A stretch of DNA of 64,000 bases from a virus: IMG/VR virus record IMGVR_UViG_3300027749_000046; one strand, 5' to 3'. Within the stretch, counting starts at the first letter, position 1; each line of letters begins with the position of its first letter. Made by a program: the position numbers and the translations under genes. Below, piece by piece: positions 33,407 to 42,951 of this stretch. The notes under the pieces were generated by a model. That model worked only from the letters and a program-made list of their open reading frames with translations, did not search any database and was not told the DNA's origin.

Positions 33407-34723
33407 TTATTTCTTAATAGTTCTCGCGATCGCCTGAACGTACTTGCTCACAGACGGATCTGAAGACATAGTATTCTTCTCTGGCTCTTCAAAGCTCTCT
33501 GTCATTATGTTAGACTCGAGTTTTGGAGTCTTGAAGTAAGTCTCCTTGATGATGTCAAGCTTTCTGGCATACTTCTCGACGTCGCCGTCGAACTCAATGC
33601 CTTCCGCGAGAGCACGGAATCTCTCTTGTTGTGTGAGAGCTAAACCTGAGATAGCTTCCACAAATACTTCTCTCATACCTGTGTTTACCATTTCTCTCTT
33701 AAGCTCTACATTCTCAACGATAACGCCGTTGAGCATGTCTTCTAGCTCTTCTACCTTGGTCGCGAGAGACTCGACTACGTCTACCTTATCAGAAGGAAGA
33801 TCGAAGTAGTGCTCAGCGAAGAGATTCTTGAGTCCGCCGATGAACTCATCCATGAGCTCATTGCGCAGGGTAGAGTCGATGGCAACTTGATTCTCAGTCA
33901 TGAACTGCTCTACGACGTAGTCGAGATAGGTATCAAGACCATTTGTAAGCTCTTCTGCGATCTCTGATACTTCTTCTTCTAGTATCTCGGCATATGCCTC
34001 TTCAAGGCGAACTTGCTCGGTGATTACGCGAGCAGATACTGCAGCCTCGAATAGAGTAGAAACTTTCTCTTTGAACTCTTCAGTGAGATCCTGTCCTTCA
34101 AACATATCTTCGACGTCTTCTCTAACAGAGATCATAGGCATTGGCATATTAGCTGTTGGACCAGATTTGCCGACTGCGTATGAGCCCTTCATGCGAATTG
34201 ACGCCTCGTTGCTCTTCTCATTTGAATTAGGTGAGAGATAAGAAGCTTCCTTGCCGATGAGAGCCATAGCCTGATCGAAAAATCTCGTGCAATCGTCTTT
34301 ACTCATGCCGGCCATATAACCGGAGAGTGAGTTCATCATGCCGATCTTAGAAGCTGAGAGGGCCTTTGGATCGCTGACTGCGCGAGCTGCTGGGTGTAGC
34401 GAGTCCTCAGCCGAGGTTCCTTCGTACATCTGAGCTTCTTCAGCGGAGATTTTTCTCTGCTTTGACATAGGAAGCGATGCTCTAGTTTCATCTTCGCGTT
34501 CTTGTTCTTCTTTGTTGCGAGCGTACTTATCAAACTTTTTAGCTTGATTTTTATAGATTTTCGAAGCTGCTGTGCCTGATTTGGTGCCATTATCGAGATC
34601 ATACGCTTGTGTCAATGCTTTATGTCTAGCGCGCGCTGCAAGTTTCGAAGAAACTTCATTAATCTGAGCTTCATCGGCCTGTAGCAGTTCGTGCATTTCT
34701 TGGTTATCTTCTAAGTTTGACAT
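33407..34723 (-). CDS. 22: prohead core scaffold gp22 with N-terminal inserted module
   Basis: EEFKEK..TLFEAAV, DTYLDYVVE, FIGGLKNLF.EH; between 21 and 23; TATAAATA 34751-34758. Confidence 0.92.
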   Translation of the reverse strand: MSNLEDNQEMHELLQADEAQINEVSSKLAARARHKALTQAYDLDNGTKSGTAASKIYKNQAKKFDKYARNKEEQEREDETRASLPMSKQRKISAEEAQMYEGTSAEDSLHPAARAVSDPKALSASKIGMMNSLSGYMAGMSKDDCTRFFDQAMALIGKEASYLSPNSNEKSNEASIRMKGSYAVGKSGPTANMPMPMISVREDVEDMFEGQDLTEEFKEKVSTLFEAAVSARVITEQVRLEEAYAEILEEEVSEIAEELTNGLDTYLDYVVEQFMTENQVAIDSTLRNELMDEFIGGLKNLFAEHYFDLPSDKVDVVESLATKVEELEDMLNGVIVENVELKREMVNTGMREVFVEAISGLALTQQERFRALAEGIEFDGDVEKYARKLDIIKETYFKTPKLESNIMTESFEEPEKNTMSSDPSVSKYVQAIARTIKK

Positions 34724-34763
34724 TATGGTTTCTCCATTAGAACTTTGAATTATTTATAATAGA

Positions 34764-35435
34764 TCAATCTTTGATAACTGCGAGTGCTGAAAGATAGTTC
34801 TCAAATATATCTAACTGCATCTGTTCAAGTTGATTGCGATCTGTGTTGTGAATTACTTTCTTCATGCTATTTAGCTTCTGCTCAAGCCACGTGTCTCTTA
34901 CAGGATCATATAGCCAGTCCACGTTCTCCATGATACCCTGAACGAAAGCTCCAGGAGCCGATGGATCGGCCACGATGTCCGCTGCGGTGGCAAGACGGAA
35001 GTCAGCGCCGACTACCATGGCGCCGTCTTTACCTGGTGATAGAGATCCGAGGCCTCGCGACGAGACACCGAGACTCGCACCTGACTTCATCAGTCCCTTT
35101 GCGATGTTACCCATCGGTGTGTCGGTAAGCTTTGCCTTGCCGATGAAGTGATTGCCGTCTCTCTTTAGATCGATGATCATGTGCGACACGCGATCGAGAT
35201 TGATCTGCGGGCCCTGTGGATGACCGAGCTCACCGTATGCGCGATTCTGCTTTACGGTATCTTTCATGTAGCGCTCGACTTCAGGCTCCATGACGTGCAT
35301 TGGATACACGCGGCCGTTCTTGTTCTTCGTCTCGGCGACGAGAAACACACCCCTGATGTAGTGCTCTTTCTCGCCGGACTCTCTGGCCTCGGTGAGATAC
35401 TCTACGCTCTCGACTAGTTCTGTGATGAGCTTCAT
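34764..35435 (-). CDS. 21: prohead protease gp21
   Basis: NKNGRVYP, GELGHP, GVSSRGLGS, DIVADPSAP. Confidence 0.97.
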   Translation of the reverse strand: MKLITELVESVEYLTEARESGEKEHYIRGVFLVAETKNKNGRVYPMHVMEPEVERYMKDTVKQNRAYGELGHPQGPQINLDRVSHMIIDLKRDGNHFIGKAKLTDTPMGNIAKGLMKSGASLGVSSRGLGSLSPGKDGAMVVGADFRLATAADIVADPSAPGAFVQGIMENVDWLYDPVRDTWLEQKLNSMKKVIHNTDRNQLEQMQLDIFENYLSALAVIKD

Positions 35436-35445
35436 CTTAGCTTCC

Positions 35446-35724
35446 TTAGTTCTTATAGGCTACAGCTACAGCGCTTAGTGAAGTATCTGTGCTGTTTGAA
35501 GTTAATATATCAGTCGCGCCTTTCTGCACAATTACAGCATCACCACCGACAATGGACATAGTCCAGTTGATATTAGTGTTTGTTGTGTCTTTGCAGGTTA
35601 TTAGCGCTTTAGTAGTAACCGCAGAAGAGTGAGTAAGTCTTACTAGAGTGTTATTACCATACGAACTAAAAGTAGTAGTATTGCAACTTATTTCTGTGCC
35701 TAATGGCTTTACGATAGCAGACAT
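35446..35724 (-). CDS. small virion-associated protein
   Basis: GAGG RBS; beta-rich 92 aa in head module. Confidence 0.7.
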   Translation of the reverse strand: MSAIVKPLGTEISCNTTTFSSYGNNTLVRLTHSSAVTTKALITCKDTTNTNINWTMSIVGGDAVIVQKGATDILTSNSTDTSLSAVAVAYKN

Positions 35725-35726
35725 TT

Positions 35727-38027
35727 TTATACCCTCGATATGTCTAGATTGTAAGCTGGAATTGTATTTACTGGTCCCGAGCGAGTGTAGTTCATCGGTG
35801 TATCTGCGGGAGCAGACTCATCTTCATCGTGATCGCCATAGACCATGTAGTCGTGAACAGAAGACACCATCTCTTTTGCCTGAGCGATCTTTGCCTGAAC
35901 CCAAGGCTCGATGTGCATCTTGTCCGGCATGCTCATTACCAAGTGCATCGCCTTGTTAGAGAGAGCGCGAAGCTCTGTCTTGACCATATCGACCGCCTCG
36001 TCCTCGTATACGTCATAGGACTCTCTCATTGAGGGAGTATAGCTGCATTCGGTGCACATCATCCTACCTTCGGTCATCTTATAGTGACCTTTGCCGCACT
36101 CCTCGCACATCATCTTCTCTTTGATCATATGCTTGCCTCTAGGCATTACTTCTTCTTTAACGCCTTTCTTCTGCTTCTGCTTCATCAAGGCGGCCTTGGC
36201 AAGGTGCTTAGCCTCAGAGTGTCCACCCTCGCGCGTGTGTCTTACCGGCTTCTTGTCTGCGTCAAATGGTGCATTATCTATGTCTGACTTTTCTTCTCTA
36301 ACAGCAGCACTGACTACCTTGCGACGATTCTTTAGATAGCTGTCGGTTGAATCTACCTTGCCGTCGTTGTTGATGTCATCGTCTTCTCTGCCAACCGGAT
36401 CGAGTCGCAGCTGTCTGGACTTATTATAGCGATCTTTTGCACCGGCTCTTTGATTCTTAATAGAACCCAGCGCTTCATTAAATTCAGCTTCTTCATTGCG
36501 CTGCTTGGCGTAGTAAGCTGCGACAGCCTGCTTCATGCGCTCTTTTCTCGACTTGCCTGCAAACTTAGGGTTATCTGAGTGAACAAAGTCGTGAATCCAA
36601 GACCCGATAGGTGTCTTCTTGGTGAGGACCTCATCGATCTGCTCGATCTCTTCCTTGGCAACTCTCTTGCGAAGACCCGCTCGAGTTCCGGCAAATGTAG
36701 CAGAAACTCCCTGCGTAAACCTTGGATCGACTACCGCCGTCGTGCCTCTAGCCTTTTCGCCACCCCGCATGGCTTTCTTGATAGCGCCGCGAGGAATGTT
36801 AGATACTGTACCGGTCTCGATCTTATGGATCTTGTCTTTAGCACTAGCTACCGCCTGAGCTGCCAATGCTGCCATTTCAGCCTTAGTCATCTCGTCGATC
36901 TGATCAACTTCTTCTTTAAGTTTTGCTATAGCATCACCGATAGTTGATGAATCTGGCATTGATATAATTTGTTTGTATTTTTCTTTAGATTTTATAAAAT
37001 CCGGATGATTTCTTTTCATATTATCAGGAATACCCATATGAGTATGAAATTTATATTCATTTCCTCCAAATGCAGCGTATACAGCTTTTCTATAATCAGG
37101 TTCATTAGCCTGCTGCTCTTCTCTTATGCCGAGCTTCTTTCGTATGGCAGCTTGATTGTCGGACGAAGAGCCAGGAGGTCCACCGATCTTATCATTTGGA
37201 TTCATGCCACCGAGCGAGCTTATATCTCCAGGAGTTGGTAGAGCTACTGGACCACTGATGGTAGGCTGAATGCGCTTACTGACGTCTACTTCTTTGACGA
37301 TCCTGCGGGTTGGATCGGCGCGCAGGGTACCGCGGTTTAGAACAACTCTAGTAGAAGTCTTGCCAGGAATCATCGAGCCGATCTGAGCAGACACGGCGTC
37401 TTTCTGATTTTGAGTTGCCTCACTCATATTACCTGCATCTCTAACTAGCTTTGCATCGCGAGCTGCTTTGGCTGCCTTATATGCATCGCTCTTATGCCAC
37501 TCGTCGTTCTCTTTGTCGCGCTGATATCCTGCAGGATCATAGCGGCGCTTGATCTCTTTAGCAGCTCTATCCATAGAATCGTCTTGCATATCTTTAAGAT
37601 CTTGAGCTGCATCTACTCTTTTTTGAAATTCTTTATCAAAATTTCTTCGAGTATCTACTACAGCATCGTTCTTAGCGTTGCTTCTAGCGATCATATCTTT
37701 TGTATTCTTCTTGACAGTTTCTGGATCATAATCATCTTCTTCTGAGTCGTCCGCTGCCTCGTAGACGTCTTGATCTTTGCCTCTCTTGTGACCGTGTCGT
37801 GGTTCTTTCTTCTTGTCGTCGAGTGCGTACTTGATGTTAGATGCAGAGTACAGATCAGGCCCGTTGCCCTTGCGGCTCGCCCACTTCTCTGTCTTGTGCT
37901 TGGCCACGAACTTCTGCTCATCGCCCATCTTTGGATCGTAGTCTACACCTGGGTTCGTGCCGGTTGAACCCGGAACTACCTTAGATGACTTCACGCCCAT
38001 GAGGACGTCGCTGAGCTTCTTGGCCAT
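35727..38027 (-). CDS. modular prohead core polyprotein at the gp68 position
   Basis: 766 aa; about 10 modules separated by EExxQIDE-like/xxE linkers. Confidence 0.75.
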   Translation of the reverse strand: MAKKLSDVLMGVKSSKVVPGSTGTNPGVDYDPKMGDEQKFVAKHKTEKWASRKGNGPDLYSASNIKYALDDKKKEPRHGHKRGKDQDVYEAADDSEEDDYDPETVKKNTKDMIARSNAKNDAVVDTRRNFDKEFQKRVDAAQDLKDMQDDSMDRAAKEIKRRYDPAGYQRDKENDEWHKSDAYKAAKAARDAKLVRDAGNMSEATQNQKDAVSAQIGSMIPGKTSTRVVLNRGTLRADPTRRIVKEVDVSKRIQPTISGPVALPTPGDISSLGGMNPNDKIGGPPGSSSDNQAAIRKKLGIREEQQANEPDYRKAVYAAFGGNEYKFHTHMGIPDNMKRNHPDFIKSKEKYKQIISMPDSSTIGDAIAKLKEEVDQIDEMTKAEMAALAAQAVASAKDKIHKIETGTVSNIPRGAIKKAMRGGEKARGTTAVVDPRFTQGVSATFAGTRAGLRKRVAKEEIEQIDEVLTKKTPIGSWIHDFVHSDNPKFAGKSRKERMKQAVAAYYAKQRNEEAEFNEALGSIKNQRAGAKDRYNKSRQLRLDPVGREDDDINNDGKVDSTDSYLKNRRKVVSAAVREEKSDIDNAPFDADKKPVRHTREGGHSEAKHLAKAALMKQKQKKGVKEEVMPRGKHMIKEKMMCEECGKGHYKMTEGRMMCTECSYTPSMRESYDVYEDEAVDMVKTELRALSNKAMHLVMSMPDKMHIEPWVQAKIAQAKEMVSSVHDYMVYGDHDEDESAPADTPMNYTRSGPVNTIPAYNLDISRV

Positions 38028-38029
38028 TT

Positions 38030-38269
38030 TTATTCCTCTTCTCCGATATCTTCGTCTTCTTCGTCGCCCCAGTCGTCATCCTCATCTGTGTCTTCTGGAT
38101 CATAGTCTGCGGCAAACATGCTCTGAGATAACTCTAGCTTTCTGTCGTCTACCGCAGCGGTGATCCGATCTAAGATCAGAGAGTTGAACACGTCGCCGAA
38201 CTCAATTGGCTTCTCTGCAGCGCTGTAGTTGAGTAAGTCGCTTGCTGTATATTTATTATCTTCGGACAT
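38030..38269 (-). CDS. acidic prohead core protein, gp67-like
   Basis: GGAG RBS before ATG 38269; position after portal; D/E-rich tail. Confidence 0.7.
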   Translation of the reverse strand: MSEDNKYTASDLLNYSAAEKPIEFGDVFNSLILDRITAAVDDRKLELSQSMFAADYDPEDTDEDDDWGDEEDEDIGEEE

Positions 38270-38280
38270 CTGAGTCTCCA

Positions 38281-39990
38281 TTACTTATTTTTTGCTACTA
38301 TCTGTGCGACCGACTTCAGCTCGGCCTCGTCTCTAAGTGATTTATTCTTCTTGTTCATGAGAAGATTATATCTAGCCTTTGCATTTGCGATCTTCTTCAG
38401 TCGAGCGCTATGCTCATCGTCAGGAGCTGCATTTGAGTCTAATCCGCCGCCCTGCTGTTGTCCATCTTCAGGAGGCGCATTGGGATCGGGCTGAGGCTGA
38501 GGATTGAATATAGGATCCTGCTGCTCCTGCATGATCTGCTGTCTGATCTCTTGTATTTCCTCGTCGGTCTGCATGAGTATGTGCTTTAGCGCCCACTCAC
38601 GTGAGTAGAAAGTTCCTAGTAGAGGAGTCACTGCGTTGAACGTATTGATCCTGTTCGTGAGGATCTCAGAGTCCTTGAGCTCGGTGAAGTAGTTATCACC
38701 GGAGAAGATATACTTGACGTCGCCAGATATATTCTTCCAGTCTTCAATCGTCATCACGCCCTTGAGTACCAGCTGCTTCCCGAGTATCTCGGTGAACATC
38801 TGCGCGAACTTTGCCCTCAGGCGAGTTACGAACCTGCCGAACTTGATCTCATCGCGTGTGATCTCAGTTGCCCTACCGAGCGAGAACAGAGCGTCGCTGT
38901 TCAGTCGGTTGATCGGAACGTTCAGTGTCTGATAGAGCTTCTTCTGGAAGTAGAGCACGTCGTCCATCTGACCGAGATTCTGACCACCGGGAAGCGTGGT
39001 AACTTCCGTACCGCGACCGCCCTCGCGACGGGGAATCCAGTAGTCCTCGAGCATCGTCATGAACTTGCGGTCGTCGCGAACCTCGCCGGTGTTGCCGTCG
39101 TAGATCAGGCGGTTCTTGTGCTTGACCATGATCTCACGAACGTACTGCTCGGCCTTCATCTTAGGGAGGTTACCGATGTCGATGTACCAGATACGACGCT
39201 CAGGTGCTCTAGCCAGACGATAGATGACCAGCGAGTCTTCCAGAGTGCGGAGCTGATTGAGGGCCTTGATGCCCTTGTGCATGTAGGAGAGAACCATCGT
39301 TCCCTGAGTATCCGTGAGTCCGGATGTAGTATAGACGATCGCGTCCTTTGCGATCTTAAGACCCGTGGTCGATGGACCTACCGACTTATTGCCGTAGTTG
39401 AAACCGCGGTCGTTGAATATGTAGTACTCGTTCTGTACTTTCTGGATGACGGCCTCGCCCTGCTCGCCGCCCTTGACTCTGCGCTTGCTGACTTCGCGAA
39501 TCTTACGGATCTTACGAGGATCGATATAGCGAAGTTCCTTGATTCCCTCGCGTGGATTCTTCTCATCGATCATGACGTGATAGTAGAGTCGGCCGTCGAT
39601 ATACCAGCGGCGATAGATCTCATAGGCATGGCGTCCAAAGTCGAGGATATTGAGGCAGTTCTTGAACTCGTCGAGCATGACTTTCTTGATCTGGTCTGAC
39701 ACCTCGATGTCGTCTAGGACGATCTTTACGATATCGTCTTCCTCGATATTCATCGTCTCGTTGACGATCTCGTCGATGGCCGCGTCGACCTCAGGCTGCA
39801 GTGACATCTCGCGGTACTTGGTGACGAGCTCTGCTTCTGTTCTGATAGTACCGTCTAGATCTAGATAAGTTCCATAAGACCCCGTGGCAGATACTACCGC
39901 GGCGCCGTCGTCTTGCTCGGCGGGCACAAACGAGGGTCTTACCTCGCCTTCTACTTTTCGCTTAAATTCAAATCCAAAGAGTTCCGCCAT
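38281..39990 (-). CDS. 20: portal protein gp20
   Basis: WYIDGR, IYRLARAPERR, EDYWIPRREGGRGTEVTTLPGG, ITRDEIKF. Confidence 0.98.
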   Translation of the reverse strand: MAELFGFEFKRKVEGEVRPSFVPAEQDDGAAVVSATGSYGTYLDLDGTIRTEAELVTKYREMSLQPEVDAAIDEIVNETMNIEEDDIVKIVLDDIEVSDQIKKVMLDEFKNCLNILDFGRHAYEIYRRWYIDGRLYYHVMIDEKNPREGIKELRYIDPRKIRKIREVSKRRVKGGEQGEAVIQKVQNEYYIFNDRGFNYGNKSVGPSTTGLKIAKDAIVYTTSGLTDTQGTMVLSYMHKGIKALNQLRTLEDSLVIYRLARAPERRIWYIDIGNLPKMKAEQYVREIMVKHKNRLIYDGNTGEVRDDRKFMTMLEDYWIPRREGGRGTEVTTLPGGQNLGQMDDVLYFQKKLYQTLNVPINRLNSDALFSLGRATEITRDEIKFGRFVTRLRAKFAQMFTEILGKQLVLKGVMTIEDWKNISGDVKYIFSGDNYFTELKDSEILTNRINTFNAVTPLLGTFYSREWALKHILMQTDEEIQEIRQQIMQEQQDPIFNPQPQPDPNAPPEDGQQQGGGLDSNAAPDDEHSARLKKIANAKARYNLLMNKKNKSLRDEAELKSVAQIVAKNK

Positions 39991-40006
39991 TTATTACTTC
40001 TTTCAA

Positions 40007-40034
40007 TTAAAAAGGGGCTACGAATAGCCCCTTT
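40007..40034 (-). terminator. intrinsic terminator after gene 19
   Basis: AAAGGGGCTA-TTCG-TAGCCCCTTT-TT. Confidence 0.85.
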
Positions 40035-40080
40035 GTCTTGTAAGTTGAGGCCATAATATATATATACTTGCTTCAGATAG

Positions 40081-40680
40081 TTATATGCCTACTTGTCCAG
40101 CGTAGCGGTCGATGCTGTAAGGTGTAGCCTCGCCTGCCTGCGTTGGGATGAAGTAGTCGTAGGTAAAGTTACACGTAAAGCGCTCGATCTGGTTTGTATT
40201 ATCCCAGCCAAGTGATATAGCCGAGATATCAGTTGGGAATAGACCGTGGAACTCATACTGGCGAATCACGTCGCCGCCCTTGCCGAACTGAGTGACGATA
40301 GTGCCGTCTGACTTATATCCAACCGCAGCAGATGGGCTCGTAACGAGTCTTCTGTTACCGGCTAGAGTATTAAGCGAGTTATGCCATGTCTCGAGTAGAG
40401 CGCGAACTGCAAAGTCCTCGTCGTTGATGACCGTGATCGACCAGTCTTGGAACGTGCGGTCGCCTGCCATCTTGATAGATCTTCCGAAGTATGGAATTGA
40501 GATAGAACCGATAGAAGAACCAGGAAGTTCTGCAGACTCGCAGAGGAAAGTTACCTTGCTTCTTGAGTTCTGATTTAGATTCAATCCGCCTGGTGTGGCT
40601 AGCTGGATCTCGAACAGGGAAGATCTAGCTCCCCCGTACTGTACGCCGCTGGCCTTGAAGTTATTGATATTAAAGGACAT
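40081..40680 (-). CDS. 19: tail tube gp19
   Basis: GGAR..LF, AGDRTFQDW.ITVINDEDF, FPTDIS.I.L.WD. Confidence 0.96.
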   Translation of the reverse strand: MSFNINNFKASGVQYGGARSSLFEIQLATPGGLNLNQNSRSKVTFLCESAELPGSSIGSISIPYFGRSIKMAGDRTFQDWSITVINDEDFAVRALLETWHNSLNTLAGNRRLVTSPSAAVGYKSDGTIVTQFGKGGDVIRQYEFHGLFPTDISAISLGWDNTNQIERFTCNFTYDYFIPTQAGEATPYSIDRYAGQVGI

Positions 40681-40707
40681 CTTTTTTCTCCCTCTTTCCT
40701 TTATTTA

Positions 40708-42888
40708 TTAGAACTGGCCAACGACTTCGGAGAATTGAACACCTGTTCTTACAGCAACGAAGTTGAGCTGTATGAAGTTGATCGAGCGAGCAGGCTTGAT
40801 ATAGATATCGCCCCAGAACTCATTGCGATCAATTCTCTCAGGTGTGTTGTTCGTATCGTCGCAGACCACGAGGAAGTCAGTGATGCCGCGACGGCCCTTG
40901 ATGTCCCTGAGGTATGGATTTACAAGGCTGGTAAACTGAGCCCTAGTGAACTGATCGTTGAACTCGAACAGCGTGAACTTGGCAGATGTCGAGATCGCCT
41001 TCTCGAGAACGATGAAGAGACGGCGAACGTTGATGCGGTCGAACGCAGAAGGCTTAGCCAGATGGGTCTTATCGCCGTACAGGACAGTTCCCTGACCTGG
41101 GAAAGACACCACCGGATTGACACCCTGAGGATAGAGCTGATCGCGAGCAGCCTTATTTGGATTGTAGGCGAGCTTGATTAGGTTCTTGATCTGACCGCGG
41201 TTGAAACCAGCAGGAGAGTACCATGGGTCTCTCTGGTTGTCAGTACGCACGCACAGACCAGCAGTATCGCCATTGAGAGGCACGTAGCGATAGATATCGT
41301 TGTAGCGATCGTACATGTACTTGTATCCGGAGTCCATGACTGCGTATGAGCTTGATCTGATCGCCTGACTGAAGGCGATGATGTTCGTCATCTCATATCC
41401 AATCTGATTCACTACGTCGGCGTAGCGAGGTGATACGAATACGATGCAGTCTTTTCTCTGCTCAGCGATATTGTCGATGAGATAGTTGGCGAGATTTACG
41501 TTTGTTGACTTACCGGTTAGAACAAGCGAGATGTCTATATTCTCAGCCGATGCATACAGATCGTAAGACCTCGTGATGTCAGTGAGAGGCATAGTTGTCT
41601 CATCGGCGCCGTTTGTTCCCTGCCAGAATTCATGCGTCTGAGGCTTGGTGAGAGAAGTTCCAGTAGCTGTAGCCACGCTTACTGCAGTATTAGATGGAGC
41701 ACTGCTGTCGTCGTTGATCATGTACACGTACTGAGACTGCTCATTGATCACGTTCTTAACATAGATCGTCGCGCCGTCAGGAGACTTGGAGTCGGTAGCA
41801 CGCGATAGGTGAGGGTACACCTCTAGGATAGTATTTGGAACACCGGTGATAGTACCGTCGTGGTCTGCTACTACAACGTGAATCTCGTCGAGCTGAGCAC
41901 TTGTATTTGCGATCTGAGCAGCCGTGTTGCCGAAGTTCGCCACGTAGTTTGACCTGCCAGGAGCTTTATCTACGTTAGGTGAGTACTCCCAGTTGCGCTG
42001 GAATGTAGTAGTAGAGTAGTCAGCGGCTAGGCGATACGTATCGTAGAAGCTGATCACGAACGTGGTCCAGTTTGTCGTATTTGAATAACCAGTTCTGTAT
42101 GAACCGTTTGAGTACGCGCCGTTCGAGGCCTGCATGTTGTTCGCTATTGCGTTGGGTGCAGTTATAGAAGATATCTGCAGGTACTGAGTTCCGATAGTCG
42201 AGTTACCAACTAGAATTCTATCCCCTACAGTAAGAGCATTGATTGCCGTTTGAGCTTGAGCATAGGTCTTTGTGATATCGCCTGATGCGCCTGGTCCAAC
42301 TATCACTGTAGCTACGTTTGAGTTCTGAGCCATGTAGAAGACACTCGACGTGGCATTTGTCTCTGCTGCGTTGGCGCTCGGCACAGTAACGTTGCTCTGG
42401 AATGCATTGGCACCCTCGCAGACGGATATCTTGAGGGCATTTCCAAGGGCACCTGGATACCTGGCGACGTAGTAGAAGTCAGATGGGAATGTATAGGATG
42501 CATTGGCTACCTTCGCGATGTAGTCATCGTGGTTCTTTATGGTGCCAAGAGCTAGATTTGTATTGGTCTGAGCCGTGTTATCAGTAAAGCTCGCCATCGC
42601 AGTGTAGGCGACATTTGAGCCGGTAGTCGTGTTCGCTGAGCGAGTCACATAGAGTTGATTGCCGTAACCAAGGAAGCTGGCCGCGGTGAACCAAGTCTCT
42701 GCGTTGAATGTCGTGGGCTTACCGAATCTCGTTGCGAGTGTCGTCTCGTTGTCGATGAACACTCTCTCGTCGATTGGACCCCATAGAAAAGGCCCTGCGA
42801 TTACACCCTGTGTTGTGGCTACTGCTGGGACGATAGTCGTTAGGTCAATTTCCGTTATATTGACGCCAGGACTTACTTGGAATGGCAT
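40708..42888 (-). CDS. 18: tail sheath gp18
   Basis: SPGV...EIDLT, SPAGFNRG, FDRINVRRLF, IKPARSINFI; TATAAATA 42932-42939. Confidence 0.98.
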   Translation of the reverse strand: MPFQVSPGVNITEIDLTTIVPAVATTQGVIAGPFLWGPIDERVFIDNETTLATRFGKPTTFNAETWFTAASFLGYGNQLYVTRSANTTTGSNVAYTAMASFTDNTAQTNTNLALGTIKNHDDYIAKVANASYTFPSDFYYVARYPGALGNALKISVCEGANAFQSNVTVPSANAAETNATSSVFYMAQNSNVATVIVGPGASGDITKTYAQAQTAINALTVGDRILVGNSTIGTQYLQISSITAPNAIANNMQASNGAYSNGSYRTGYSNTTNWTTFVISFYDTYRLAADYSTTTFQRNWEYSPNVDKAPGRSNYVANFGNTAAQIANTSAQLDEIHVVVADHDGTITGVPNTILEVYPHLSRATDSKSPDGATIYVKNVINEQSQYVYMINDDSSAPSNTAVSVATATGTSLTKPQTHEFWQGTNGADETTMPLTDITRSYDLYASAENIDISLVLTGKSTNVNLANYLIDNIAEQRKDCIVFVSPRYADVVNQIGYEMTNIIAFSQAIRSSSYAVMDSGYKYMYDRYNDIYRYVPLNGDTAGLCVRTDNQRDPWYSPAGFNRGQIKNLIKLAYNPNKAARDQLYPQGVNPVVSFPGQGTVLYGDKTHLAKPSAFDRINVRRLFIVLEKAISTSAKFTLFEFNDQFTRAQFTSLVNPYLRDIKGRRGITDFLVVCDDTNNTPERIDRNEFWGDIYIKPARSINFIQLNFVAVRTGVQFSEVVGQF

Positions 42889-42951
42889 GGGATGTCTCCT
42901 TTCATGCAGAAATAACTGATATGCTTTTGGATATTTATAACTTGCTCGTTC

